Assembly: GCA_963665815.1 (NCBI GenBank)
Contig: OY762463.1
Span: 1,312,001 to 1,376,000 of the forward strand
Length of the DNA: 64,000 nucleotides
Reading direction: 5' to 3'
Source of the DNA: Candidatus Cloacimonadales bacterium
GTDB taxonomy: Bacteria; Cloacimonadota; Cloacimonadia; Cloacimonadales; JAIOQZ01
Below are positions 20,412 to 30,448 of the stretch, piece after piece (within the stretch, counting starts at the first letter, position 1; each line of letters starts with the position of its first letter). The notes beneath the pieces were generated by a model. The model saw only the letters and a list, made by a program, of their open reading frames with translations. It did not search any database and had not been told where the DNA came from. Made by a program: the position numbers and the translations under genes.

Positions 20412-20540
20412 ATTAAGCTCCCTTTGTGCTTTTACGATACAATAGTTAGCTTAGTGCTAATATATGTCAATTTTATTTTTTAGTATATTGCGAATTATTT
20501 CTTAACTTGACTACTTATATTGATCAAATATTGTGAATTC

Positions 20541-21788
20541 ATGAAAAGGAATATAATCATTACAGCAGTTGTAGTATTAGTGTCATTGCACTTGAGCGCA
20601 GCTCCACATAATGTTTATCCACTTATTGATGAATATCATACATACAGTGAGATACATCCTGAACTTCAGTACATTGAAAGCCTGAATCCGGATATATGCA
20701 AAATTGACATTATTGGATACAGCAGCAACGAGCATCTGCCTCTATATGCTTTGAAGATTTCGCACAACGCTATATTTGATGAAGAATATGATCCCGACAT
20801 ATTGTTTTGCGGTCAATATCAGTCAGAAGAAGTTCTGGGTGTAGAAATTGTCCTTGAGAATGCTGAAAGGCTTGTTCTGAACTATAAAAGAGATAAATTT
20901 ATTACAGATATCATTGACACTTATGAATTGTGGTTTGTTCCCACTGTTAATCCCGAAGGATTGCGGATTGTAACATCCGGAACTAATAACAGAAAAAGAA
21001 AGAACAACACAGATACAAACTGGAATGGTATTTATGAAGATGATATTGATGGCGTTGATCTAAACAAAAATTATCCATTCAACTGGAAACAGGATGATGT
21101 AACCAATCCGGAATACCGTTATTACAAAGGCTATCAATCATGTTCTCAACTGGAGACTCAGGCAATGATGAAACTGTTTGATGAAAGAAAATTTGTAGCT
21201 GCTGTTTTCTATCACAGTTCACAAACGGGGAATCAATCTGAAAGAATCTTCTACCCATGGCAGTGGGACTATGAGATTTCACCGGATTATTACACATTGC
21301 AGCACATAGCTGGTAGAATCTCAGAATATCTCCCAAGGGATTATCTACCGGGAAATTATGAAGTGCACGACCTGAATAACCATAAAAGAGGATATGCGAG
21401 AGATTACATTTATTCCCGATTCAATACATTCGCTATTACAATAGAAACAGGGGGAAATACACCGGAAGGTGAATCTATCATTCATCCAGGATTAGAAGTC
21501 CTTAATTCTATCAAAGAGAAGCATTATCTTGCTTTTCTTGAGTTTCTAAGACAGTGTAATGATCACCTGTTTTACGGTTATATTGAAAATCAAAAACCTG
21601 AAAATAACACGAAAATCAGGATTGTGGAAAAACAGGGATTAAGCCCCATAACTCCCGGACCAGATGGTTATTTTTTCAGACTGCTCGAAAAAAGGAACAT
21701 CCCCTATAATTTTATTATAGACAAAACAATACATAAAGTATATTTTTCAGATAATTCTAAACAATATACTTTCAAGTTAAAGGAATAA
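20541..21788 (+). CDS. Secreted M14 carboxypeptidase-like protein
   Basis: Signal peptide from ATG 20541, YHTY, PTVNPEG, RKN, GVDLNKNY, YHS, TIET. Confidence 0.85.
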   Translation: MKRNIIITAVVVLVSLHLSAAPHNVYPLIDEYHTYSEIHPELQYIESLNPDICKIDIIGYSSNEHLPLYALKISHNAIFDEEYDPDILFCGQYQSEEVLGVEIVLENAERLVLNYKRDKFITDIIDTYELWFVPTVNPEGLRIVTSGTNNRKRKNNTDTNWNGIYEDDIDGVDLNKNYPFNWKQDDVTNPEYRYYKGYQSCSQLETQAMMKLFDERKFVAAVFYHSSQTGNQSERIFYPWQWDYEISPDYYTLQHIAGRISEYLPRDYLPGNYEVHDLNNHKRGYARDYIYSRFNTFAITIETGGNTPEGESIIHPGLEVLNSIKEKHYLAFLEFLRQCNDHLFYGYIENQKPENNTKIRIVEKQGLSPITPGPDGYFFRLLEKRNIPYNFIIDKTIHKVYFSDNSKQYTFKLKE

Positions 21789-21789
21789 T

Positions 21790-22581
21790 ATGCAGATCAA
21801 CAACAGGTTAAAAGAAATTGCTGTTTCAGCAGGAAATATTATTAAGAAGAACTTCCATTTATCGCATAGATATGAAACAAAAACTACAGAATATGATCCT
21901 GTCACAGCTATAGATATAGAAGTTGAAAATTTTCTCAAGGATAAACTGAGCAAACTTATTCTGAGCAGTGAATTCCTGTCTGAGGAAACGGACTCAGATT
22001 TTAAAAATGCAGACAAGCTTTGGATAATCGATCCAATTGATGGAACTGTAAATTTCCTGCATGGATTTCCCTTTGTATGTACGTCAATCGCCTTACAGAT
22101 AGATGGAATAATAGTGAAAGGTATAGTTTATAATCCAATTTTGGACGAGTTGTTCTTTGCGGAGAGAAATCAGGGTAGTACCCTTAACGGTATGAGAATT
22201 AACGTTTCAAAGCAGTCTGATTTCAAAAGCTGCCTACTTGCAACAGGATTTCCCTACGCCTACAATACATTGGAAAACAACAACCTTAAATACTTTGACC
22301 ATTTCCATCAGAAAGTACACGGGATAAGAAGAGCCGGAAGTGCAGCTCTGGATTTATGTTATGTTGCATCAGGAATTTTCGATGGCTACTGGGAGCAATA
22401 CTTGAGACCCTGGGATGTTGCAGCCGGAAAACTGATTGTAGAGGAAGCCGGTGGAATTGTAACCAATTTTAAAGAAGGGTTTTCACTTAAAGATAATACA
22501 ATTATCGCTTCAAATCCTGTTTTACATGCGGAAATGAAAAAAGAAATTGATTACATTGGGAATGAATATGAGTACATTTAA
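21790..22581 (+). CDS. suhB: Inositol monophosphatase family
   Basis: SEE, WIIDPIDGTVNF, GSAALD and WDVAAG. Confidence 0.92.
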   Translation: MQINNRLKEIAVSAGNIIKKNFHLSHRYETKTTEYDPVTAIDIEVENFLKDKLSKLILSSEFLSEETDSDFKNADKLWIIDPIDGTVNFLHGFPFVCTSIALQIDGIIVKGIVYNPILDELFFAERNQGSTLNGMRINVSKQSDFKSCLLATGFPYAYNTLENNNLKYFDHFHQKVHGIRRAGSAALDLCYVASGIFDGYWEQYLRPWDVAAGKLIVEEAGGIVTNFKEGFSLKDNTIIASNPVLHAEMKKEIDYIGNEYEYI

Positions 22582-24670
22582 AGTATACAATAAATGGTAT
22601 TTCCTTTTAATATTATCAATTCTGCTGACAGCTTTGTCTCTTATAATATCAAGAGTAAATCTAATCAGCAAGACAGAAACTCAGTTGCAGGATGTTTTGT
22701 TCCGAGTTACCCCAAACAATGTTGTTCCTGACTCTAATGTTGTTGTTATTGCCATAGATGATTCAAGTCTTAAGTTCACAAGGAATAACCGTTTCCCCTG
22801 GCCATGGTCCAGAGACATTTATGGTATTGTAACCGAATACCTGACACAATCAGGTGCAAAAAAAATTCTGTTTGATCTTCAGTTTACTGATCCGGATTTC
22901 GACAGAGCTGAAACACTATCCGAGGAAACAGACGGCTATTTTGCTGAATCAATGTATAACTCAGGAAACGTAATTCTGGGTGTTCAATTAGTACCGGACA
23001 GCACAAGCAGCATTGATAATCTATCAAAGCATTATGATAAGCAACTGCCATACACAGCAAACACTAAGTTTAAGGGAATATTGAATCCTCTGAAGATATT
23101 TTCTGACAATGCACAGGGCATAGGAATTGTGAATGTTGAGCCGGATGATGATGGAGTAATAAGAAAACTATCTCTGCAATACAACATTGAGAATCATAAT
23201 TTTCATCAGTTTGCAATGGCAGCCATCTCAGATAGCCTTCCTGAAAACATACCGGTTGATGCTGATGGAAATTGTAAAATACTGTGGTATGGTAAAGGCG
23301 GAGTAGACAGCAAGTTCAGATATTACACCATGGGCTCTGTAATTCAATCAGCTATAAATAAAATTCAGGGAAAGGAAAGCCTTTTCAAAAATGACGAGTT
23401 CAAAGGAAAATATGTAATTATTGGAACAACTGCCGGTGGACTTCTGGATTTAAAAACTGTGCCAACAGACAGAATCTTTCCGGGAATGGAAATCTGGGCA
23501 ACAGCGTTAAGTAATTACCTGAATTCTCATTATGTCAGAAATCTGCCATCTTACCTGTTCATCATTATTCTATTTGTTACAATATTGCTGATATCTACAA
23601 GCTACAAATATCCATCCAGACTGCTTATTTATTTCATACCTACAGGATTATTTATTTTTCATACTGCAATGTTCTTTATAATATGGAAATTTACACTAAT
23701 ACAATACCCTATTTTAAACATTACGCTGGCAATCATAATTACTTACCTGATAAATACTTCTATACACTATCTTAATGAAGGGCGAGCAAGAAAGCATATT
23801 ACAGGGTTATTCTCAAGATACCTTCACCCCAAAGTCATTGACGAACTGATTGCTGATCAGAACTCGTTTGAAATGGGCGGAAAAGAAATTGAGGCAACTA
23901 TACTGTTCACAGATATTGCTGACTTTACGACGTTTTCAGAGGGTGTTTCAGCCAATAAGCTAGTACATCATCTTAATGATTACTTTGAAGACCTGACAAC
24001 AACGGTTCTCAACAACAGAGGACTTCTTGATAAATATACCGGAGACGGAATAATGGCATTATTCGGTGTCCCTGCCGGATTTGACAATCATGCATTCGAC
24101 GCATGCAGAGCAGCTTTGCTTTACAGGATCAGTAAAAGCAAGATAATTACTGAAAGCTCATCAGCAGCTGAAAAATTCGCAGTAAATACAAGAATTGGTA
24201 TTAACACCGGAACGATAGTTGCCGGAAACATTGGTTCTAACAAAAGAATGGATTATACTGCTATCGGAGATCCGGTTAATCTGGCAGCCCGGCTTGAGGG
24301 AGTAAACAAGTTCTACGGAACATCGATAATTATCAGTGATACAACCTATAAGCTGGTTTCAGACAAGTTTATATGCAGAGAATTAGATGCGTTGAAAGTT
24401 AAGGGTAAAAACGAACCGACAATTATTTACGAGTTACAAAATTTTTTAGATTGTCAGAATTGTGCACATCTATATAAATTGAATGCAGCATATTCTGAAG
24501 GATTGAATTTCTACAGACTCGGTTTATGGGATAAAGCAATCAAAAGTTTTAGCATCTGCAGTGAAAAATTTGGTGACAGAACATCATTGATAATGATTGA
24601 AAGGTGTAAAGCCTTGAAGAATAATCCACCTTCTGACTGGTCAGGAGTTTTTGTTCTTGATAAAAAATAA
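22568..24670 (+). CDS. CHASE2-domain class III adenylate cyclase
   Basis: CHASE2 (PWPWSR, DDDGVIR), 3 TMs, FTDIADFT, KYTGDG, YTAIGDPVNLAARLE (Lys/Thr consistent with ATP specificity). Confidence 0.93.
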   Translation: MSTFKVYNKWYFLLILSILLTALSLIISRVNLISKTETQLQDVLFRVTPNNVVPDSNVVVIAIDDSSLKFTRNNRFPWPWSRDIYGIVTEYLTQSGAKKILFDLQFTDPDFDRAETLSEETDGYFAESMYNSGNVILGVQLVPDSTSSIDNLSKHYDKQLPYTANTKFKGILNPLKIFSDNAQGIGIVNVEPDDDGVIRKLSLQYNIENHNFHQFAMAAISDSLPENIPVDADGNCKILWYGKGGVDSKFRYYTMGSVIQSAINKIQGKESLFKNDEFKGKYVIIGTTAGGLLDLKTVPTDRIFPGMEIWATALSNYLNSHYVRNLPSYLFIIILFVTILLISTSYKYPSRLLIYFIPTGLFIFHTAMFFIIWKFTLIQYPILNITLAIIITYLINTSIHYLNEGRARKHITGLFSRYLHPKVIDELIADQNSFEMGGKEIEATILFTDIADFTTFSEGVSANKLVHHLNDYFEDLTTTVLNNRGLLDKYTGDGIMALFGVPAGFDNHAFDACRAALLYRISKSKIITESSSAAEKFAVNTRIGINTGTIVAGNIGSNKRMDYTAIGDPVNLAARLEGVNKFYGTSIIISDTTYKLVSDKFICRELDALKVKGKNEPTIIYELQNFLDCQNCAHLYKLNAAYSEGLNFYRLGLWDKAIKSFSICSEKFGDRTSLIMIERCKALKNNPPSDWSGVFVLDKK

Positions 24671-24690
24671 TTGAACTTTGGAGTACATAA

Positions 24691-25914
24691 ATGAAAAAAG
24701 CTATAATCATATATTTTATATTTATTGTAAGCCTGACTCTCTCTGGTGAAATAATCTCCAGACAGAGAGCTTATCTCAGGAATGGACCTGGAGCATTTTA
24801 TGAAATAGTTAAAGAGCTCAAAACAGGAGATGAAGTTAAAATCATTAATGAAGATGAGCTGTGGCTTCAAGTAGAATTTGCTGATACTACAGGATTTCTT
24901 TCTGCCAAAGCGTTGCAGAAAAAGAAATCAGGTAAAACTTCGTTCTTATCAAGAACACTCTCAGGAGATGCCTCTATAAGAATATCCAGACATGGAATGT
25001 CTGCTGGTGCCAAGGGGCTGGCAAAAAGAGTTGTTAATAAATATAATGGAGATCCACAATTCTTCAATATGGTGTTTTCCTGGGAATTTAATGAGAAAGA
25101 TTACAAAAAGTTTCTCAAGGAATCCAAAAAAGAGCATAAACTGAGATTCAATAAAAAAGTGCAGATACCTCCATACGATGTTCCTGATCAATTTACATTT
25201 TCAGAAGAAGTTATGGGATACAGTCTGGCGTCAGTAGTAGCTCAAACAGGTATATATAATGATAAATACTGGAGCAAATACATAAACTACGTTGGATCCA
25301 GAATCGTCAGTTTTTCTGATGCTTATGATGTTCCTTTCAAATTTTATATTCTCAATACAGATATTCCTAATGCATACGCATTCCCGGGTGGTATTATTTT
25401 TATTACCAAAGGGCTGCTGAAAAGTATTCATTCTGAAGCAGAACTGGCATGTATACTGGGACATGAAATTGCTCATGTGACACATTACCATGGTATGCTG
25501 GAGATGGAAAAACGTAAGCACCATATTAAAGCTGATGATGCATTTGCAGAACTGGATGATGAAATGCCGGATGCCTTTGATGAAGAGACATCTGCTGTGG
25601 AAAACGAGCTCGAAGATGAGATGTTCAGCATGTATGAAACTCTTGTAAAAGGCAGGAGCGATGCTTATGAAGAAGAAGCCGATTATGTTGGAGCAATCTA
25701 TGCAGCAAGAGCAGGTTACGAGCCTGCCGCTCTTCTAACCGTTATTCAGCGAATTGCTTCACAGAGATCTAATGAAGGACATTATCGAGCCGAACTTCTG
25801 GGGAAAAGACTTACATTATTCAAGAAAAACCTCAGTAAAATTGATAAGCTCAAGAAACAGAGAGCTGTAAGTGAAAGATATCAGAGTATGCTGAGTAACT
25901 ATAAATTGTATTAG
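24691..25914 (+). CDS. SH3 - M48 metallopeptidase fusion, secreted
   Basis: Signal peptide, SH3_3-like LRNGPG...WLQV, PNAYAFPGG, HEIAH, EEEAD. Confidence 0.88.
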   Translation: MKKAIIIYFIFIVSLTLSGEIISRQRAYLRNGPGAFYEIVKELKTGDEVKIINEDELWLQVEFADTTGFLSAKALQKKKSGKTSFLSRTLSGDASIRISRHGMSAGAKGLAKRVVNKYNGDPQFFNMVFSWEFNEKDYKKFLKESKKEHKLRFNKKVQIPPYDVPDQFTFSEEVMGYSLASVVAQTGIYNDKYWSKYINYVGSRIVSFSDAYDVPFKFYILNTDIPNAYAFPGGIIFITKGLLKSIHSEAELACILGHEIAHVTHYHGMLEMEKRKHHIKADDAFAELDDEMPDAFDEETSAVENELEDEMFSMYETLVKGRSDAYEEEADYVGAIYAARAGYEPAALLTVIQRIASQRSNEGHYRAELLGKRLTLFKKNLSKIDKLKKQRAVSERYQSMLSNYKLY

Positions 25915-26101
25915 GATGTTCTGGTACATAAGGAAGATTTCAGGAAAATAACCAAAGAGATCAGAATGGGAGAAGCAGAAAATTGTTTTATAAGGGAAAT
26001 ATTATACAAAACTATTGACAATCTTTTAGAGAGATTATAAATTATAAGTGGTTCGTAACATGGTCTACTCTCAACAGACGTTATAAGAAAAGGAGTTCTA
26101 T

Positions 26102-26401
26102 ATGACGGATATTAGTGTATCTCATGTTACTCAAAACAGTATGGTTCAGAACAGAGTACAAAGGCAAAGTCAGACAAGGTCCTCCAATGGAGGAAATGTT
26201 GACTTTGGAAACGATTATAATGTAGATATCGGGTCAAACTCTTCTGAGTATAAAACCTATAATTCAAAAGCAGAATTTGGCGCTGCGGTTGTTTCCAGAA
26301 CCCTGGATATGATGAATAGTAAACCTTCATCCGGATTTGGAAATGCTCAGCAAGCCAGTTATCAGTTTAATAAAGAAGTACTGGGAGCTTATATGAGTTA
26401 A
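26102..26401 (+). CDS. Small low-complexity hypothetical protein
   Basis: AAGGAG RBS, TTGACA-N17-TAAATT promoter at ~26015, downstream hairpin. Confidence 0.75.
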   Translation: MTDISVSHVTQNSMVQNRVQRQSQTRSSNGGNVDFGNDYNVDIGSNSSEYKTYNSKAEFGAAVVSRTLDMMNSKPSSGFGNAQQASYQFNKEVLGAYMS

Positions 26402-26432
26402 TTCTCCTTAAGCTCTTTGTATTGATCAAACC

Positions 26433-26466
26433 AGCCGCAGGTCCGCTCACTTGCGGCTATTTTTTC
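26433..26466 (+). terminator. Rho-independent terminator
   Basis: AGCCGCAGGT / ACTTGCGGCT stem followed by ATTTTTT. Confidence 0.6.
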
Positions 26467-26703
26467 TTCTATAAATAATTTTGCAGGTTGTAGGTGAAGT
26501 ATGAAGACTTCAAAAAAAATGACAATCTCCATAATAAGCTCATTAGTACTGTTCTGCTTATACAGACTTGGACTGGTTAAAGTTGAAATTAAGAAATTCA
26601 TGTCTATAGACTGACATCGCTTGAGTAGAACATCGGACGTTTAAAGTCTATACATTAAAACTGTTTCTATTTTACATAATTTGCACCAATCAAATGATTT
26701 ATG

Positions 26704-26736
26704 ATCGATCAACTACTCCTATAATGCAAAGGTCTC
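26704..26736. mobile_element. MITE-like element end
   Basis: ATCGATCAACTACTCCTATAATGCAAAGGTCTC closely matches the reverse complement of 53419-53452 and the end at 58929-58952. Confidence 0.55.
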
Positions 26737-26846
26737 TTGTGGAAAGAACTCTTTGTATTCTCATCCCATATGAATCCATCAAATCTTAAGACAAATTCCA
26801 GTCAGTGTACTCTTAAAAGTATACAATTCATAAGTTGCAATCATAT

Positions 26847-26882
26847 AAAAAAGACCTGCAAACATAGTCTGCAGGTCTTTTC
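26847..26882 (-). terminator. Rho-independent (bidirectional-type) terminator
   Basis: AAAAAGACCTGCA / TGCAGGTCTTTT arms downstream of the C25 gene. Confidence 0.75.
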
Positions 26883-26900
26883 AATATTGTCAGGTATTCT

Positions 26901-29900
26901 TTACTTAAGAAGTACCATTTTTCTTACTTGAGTTTCTTCGCCTGTATTAAGTTTATAGAAATAAATACCGGATGAAACGTCTTTTCCACTGTTATCTTTA
27001 CCATTCCACATTACTGAATGATTTCCAGCACTCATAATTTCACTCTTAAGAGTTTTAACTTTCTGTCCATTGATGTTGTATACAGCAAGTTCAACTCGTG
27101 AGTTATTCTTGATTGAGAAAGAAATCTTTGTTGTTGGATTGAATGGATTAGGATAGTTCTGACCAAGCATAGTTACATGCTCAGGAACATCTTCGTTACC
27201 ATTGCCAACTATACCATCAGGATTTACTGTTGAGAATTTAATTGCAAGTCCAGCCTGTAATGGAGCTGCAGTTGGATCATAATAACCGGCATAATGATAT
27301 TGCAGAGCTTCAGTATGCTCCATGTTCTCAATACCGATTGTACAATAGTTACCAAGCACATCAGGGTTATCAATATTCTTGTATTGGAATGTGATATCAC
27401 CATCTACAGGTGTTCCGTTTTCGGTTCTTGGTTCAAGAATAATTTCGAATTTTTCCTGAGATTCTCTGTTATCAAAGTTCCAGGCTGTATCCCATTGGAT
27501 AATTACTCTATTTTCAGCAGTATCATGATAGATGAATATATCAAGATTCTCTTCTTCCACAGCATCTATTGGACGACCACCAAGGTCATCCCAATATGGA
27601 GCAATCATTGCACCAGGTCCAAGATAAGCTGGTAATTCCCAGTTACGGAAGTTTGCCATCCAGGTTTCTCTGAAAGAAATCCAACCATTTGAACAAACTG
27701 TCATGGAGTTGTATGTTTCACCATAGAACATGAAATCTATTGGTAAATTAACAATTTCTGAATCATCATCGGTAAGAGATACAACTTGTACATTTGTATA
27801 CGAAGAACTGTCAGGATCAATCTCAATCCAGTTATATACCGGTGCTTGAGCATAATCTGTATCAGTATTATCATAAGCGTAATAACCATGTTCATCCGGG
27901 CCTGTTGGAGATGAAGCAGATATTTCACCAATTCTTACATAACCATAACGTCTGAATGTTCTTCCAACGCTGTCAGTGAAATCAAATACTAATCTTGCTC
28001 TACGACCATTGAATGCTGCAGTATTAGCTGTGACATTTACAGTTGCTGTTCCAGTAGAATCATTCAGGATATCACCAATTGTAATATTTGCTGAATTAAC
28101 TGTAAGAGCTGTTGAAGAAGTAATTACATCAGCTTGAAGTCCTGTAATATCAATTGTACTTATATTATGTACATCAAATACTACGTCAGCAGTCTCGCCT
28201 GCATCAAGGATTTCATCATCGTTATCGACAATAACACTTGGCATCTCAAGGTATAAACCTGTAACATAACCTTCAAGTTTTGATTGACTTCCATTTGAGA
28301 AATCAACAGTGAAAATGATTGGTTCGAAATTAGGACAAGATGCATCAATATCGAAATCACCGTTTGCAGTTACTTCGGAACCTACAGTAATATCACCGAA
28401 TGTGAATGTAGCTCTACCTGTATCACTGAAGTATGGTGAATCAGATGTAAGAGTAGCAGTTAATCCTGTAATATCTGCACTGCCAAAGTTTCCAACTGTA
28501 AGACTTAAGTTAGCAGTTTCACCTGCAATAAAGTTATCGAATACAGATTCTGTAATTCCTACTTTTTCGCCGGACTGAATAGAAATTTCAGTCATGTATG
28601 GTTCATAACCAGGAGCTGAAACAGTAATAAATACTGAAGAACCGGTTGTTGTGTCTATTGGAAGTAAAATAGATCCATTATTTGCTTCAGCATATGTGAA
28701 GTTTTCATAATCATTAGTAGCTGTAGCTATTGCACCTTCTATGTTACTTACATCAAGTTGAACATAATCAGTACCTTCTGCAAAACTTGTTTCTGTTACA
28801 AGATTTCCGAAAGTATTTGGGATCAATTTCCACATTCTGAGTGTAGGATCTGATAATAAGTTGTATACATGGAAGTAGAATTCTACTTTTCCACCAGAAT
28901 ATCTTTCATTAGGGAAACCCCTGTGAAGTTCAGTTTTACCTCTGAGAAATGATGTTCCAAGATCATATGAATCTTCTTCAAGAACACTTGTATAGAATCC
29001 TGCGCAAATTGCATTATTGAGCTCTGTACTTGTGTGAAGATCGGAAGGACCAAAGAAACCAACTGCACCGAAAGCATTTGAAAATCCCTGATGTTGAAGC
29101 ATCCATTCTTCACCAAAGCATTTATTGTTATTTCCGCCATTCTGGAAGTCACCAGTATTACATACAATTGAACTTACAATTGGTAATCCCTGTGAATTTC
29201 CTACATAACTGGCTGCATTAAGATCAAGCTGATAAATTTTAAATGATGGGTGGTGCCATCCGGTTGCATCTCCCCAACCTCTGTAACTGATGAACTGAGC
29301 ACCATTATTAATAGAGTTTACTATTGGAGTTGTTCCCGGATCATAAACACCGTCATAGTAGAAAAAAGTATCTACGTTTGTATATCCATAATCAATCAGC
29401 TCCTCCTGAACCCATTTTGATGTCAGCACAGGAGTAACCGGCATTACAGGGGCACCTGAAGCATAGTTACCTGCAACAACCACTGAGTTTTCATAGCATC
29501 CGTTTCCGTTTTGAGCAGCGTAAATATCGTTCTTTTCGTATTTCATAGTTTTGAATACAAGCACATCAAGGTCTGATGCACTCTGACATGAAAATCGTCC
29601 GATTATCATTTCAGGCATTACATCGTTTCCTTCAAGTTGAGTATACTCAATATCAGAAGCATCACTTTCTGCACTGTACTGATTTGTTTCCAGTGCAAAT
29701 AAACCTATAACATCACCAACGAGCAATACAAATTCCGGTTTCACTTCAGAATTATGGTATACTGAAGAAACATAGTTTTTAATACTTGCAGTAGAGTTAC
29801 TTGGAAGATCAATTCCAACTCTGGCAACAGTAACATCAAAACCAAGTGCTTTCTTCCACATAACGAATGGAGCAATAGAATCATCAAAATAAGTATTATC

Positions 29901-30437
29901 ATGCCCAATTATAAGAAGCTTTCTTCTTTGGTTAGGGATTTCATAAAGATATGATGTTCTGAAGTTATCTGCTAAATGAGCATAAAGAGGTCTGAAAGCT
30001 GAAGACATTGTTTGAGGTAAATCAATTGAACCTTCAAACTCAAGATCAACATCCATCTCTCTCAATACAACAGTGTTTCCATTGTTGAGTTTACGTGAAA
30101 TTGTAAAATCAACATCAGCACCTCTCATTTCTCTCATAAAAAAATAATCTGATACTCTTACAAATCCTTCAGAGCTGTCAGTTCTTTCATTAACAAGCTT
30201 ACCTTCAGCATTATAAACATCAAATGAGGCTGACTTGATTGATGGATTAATGCTTTTTGCAGGAATTGCAAATGTTTTATACTCAATATGGTCTTCATCA
30301 AGCATAGACTGAACATCTGCTTTTGTGTTATCAATATTAACATGAATACCGCTTGCCGATTCACTGATATTAAACTGAGTCTCAGCAAACAGTGTAAACG
30401 TCAAAAGTATCATTATAATTAAAGTTAGTTTTCTCAT
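26901..30437 (-). CDS. Gingipain-like (C25 family) secreted protein with C-terminal sorting domain
   Basis: Signal peptide; [31 protein letters not shown]; Ig-like repeats; [10 protein letters not shown]...KMVLLK. Confidence 0.88.
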   Translation of the reverse strand: MRKLTLIIMILLTFTLFAETQFNISESASGIHVNIDNTKADVQSMLDEDHIEYKTFAIPAKSINPSIKSASFDVYNAEGKLVNERTDSSEGFVRVSDYFFMREMRGADVDFTISRKLNNGNTVVLREMDVDLEFEGSIDLPQTMSSAFRPLYAHLADNFRTSYLYEIPNQRRKLLIIGHDNTYFDDSIAPFVMWKKALGFDVTVARVGIDLPSNSTASIKNYVSSVYHNSEVKPEFVLLVGDVIGLFALETNQYSAESDASDIEYTQLEGNDVMPEMIIGRFSCQSASDLDVLVFKTMKYEKNDIYAAQNGNGCYENSVVVAGNYASGAPVMPVTPVLTSKWVQEELIDYGYTNVDTFFYYDGVYDPGTTPIVNSINNGAQFISYRGWGDATGWHHPSFKIYQLDLNAASYVGNSQGLPIVSSIVCNTGDFQNGGNNNKCFGEEWMLQHQGFSNAFGAVGFFGPSDLHTSTELNNAICAGFYTSVLEEDSYDLGTSFLRGKTELHRGFPNERYSGGKVEFYFHVYNLLSDPTLRMWKLIPNTFGNLVTETSFAEGTDYVQLDVSNIEGAIATATNDYENFTYAEANNGSILLPIDTTTGSSVFITVSAPGYEPYMTEISIQSGEKVGITESVFDNFIAGETANLSLTVGNFGSADITGLTATLTSDSPYFSDTGRATFTFGDITVGSEVTANGDFDIDASCPNFEPIIFTVDFSNGSQSKLEGYVTGLYLEMPSVIVDNDDEILDAGETADVVFDVHNISTIDITGLQADVITSSTALTVNSANITIGDILNDSTGTATVNVTANTAAFNGRRARLVFDFTDSVGRTFRRYGYVRIGEISASSPTGPDEHGYYAYDNTDTDYAQAPVYNWIEIDPDSSSYTNVQVVSLTDDDSEIVNLPIDFMFYGETYNSMTVCSNGWISFRETWMANFRNWELPAYLGPGAMIAPYWDDLGGRPIDAVEEENLDIFIYHDTAENRVIIQWDTAWNFDNRESQEKFEIILEPRTENGTPVDGDITFQYKNIDNPDVLGNYCTIGIENMEHTEALQYHYAGYYDPTAAPLQAGLAIKFSTVNPDGIVGNGNEDVPEHVTMLGQNYPNPFNPTTKISFSIKNNSRVELAVYNINGQKVKTLKSEIMSAGNHSVMWNGKDNSGKDVSSGIYFYKLNTGEETQVRKMVLLK

Positions 30438-30448
30438 AAAACCTCCAA

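Noticed and set aside
20452..20460. CIRCE element
   Set aside because: Only a TTAGCACT-like half site on the minus strand; no partner at N9 spacing
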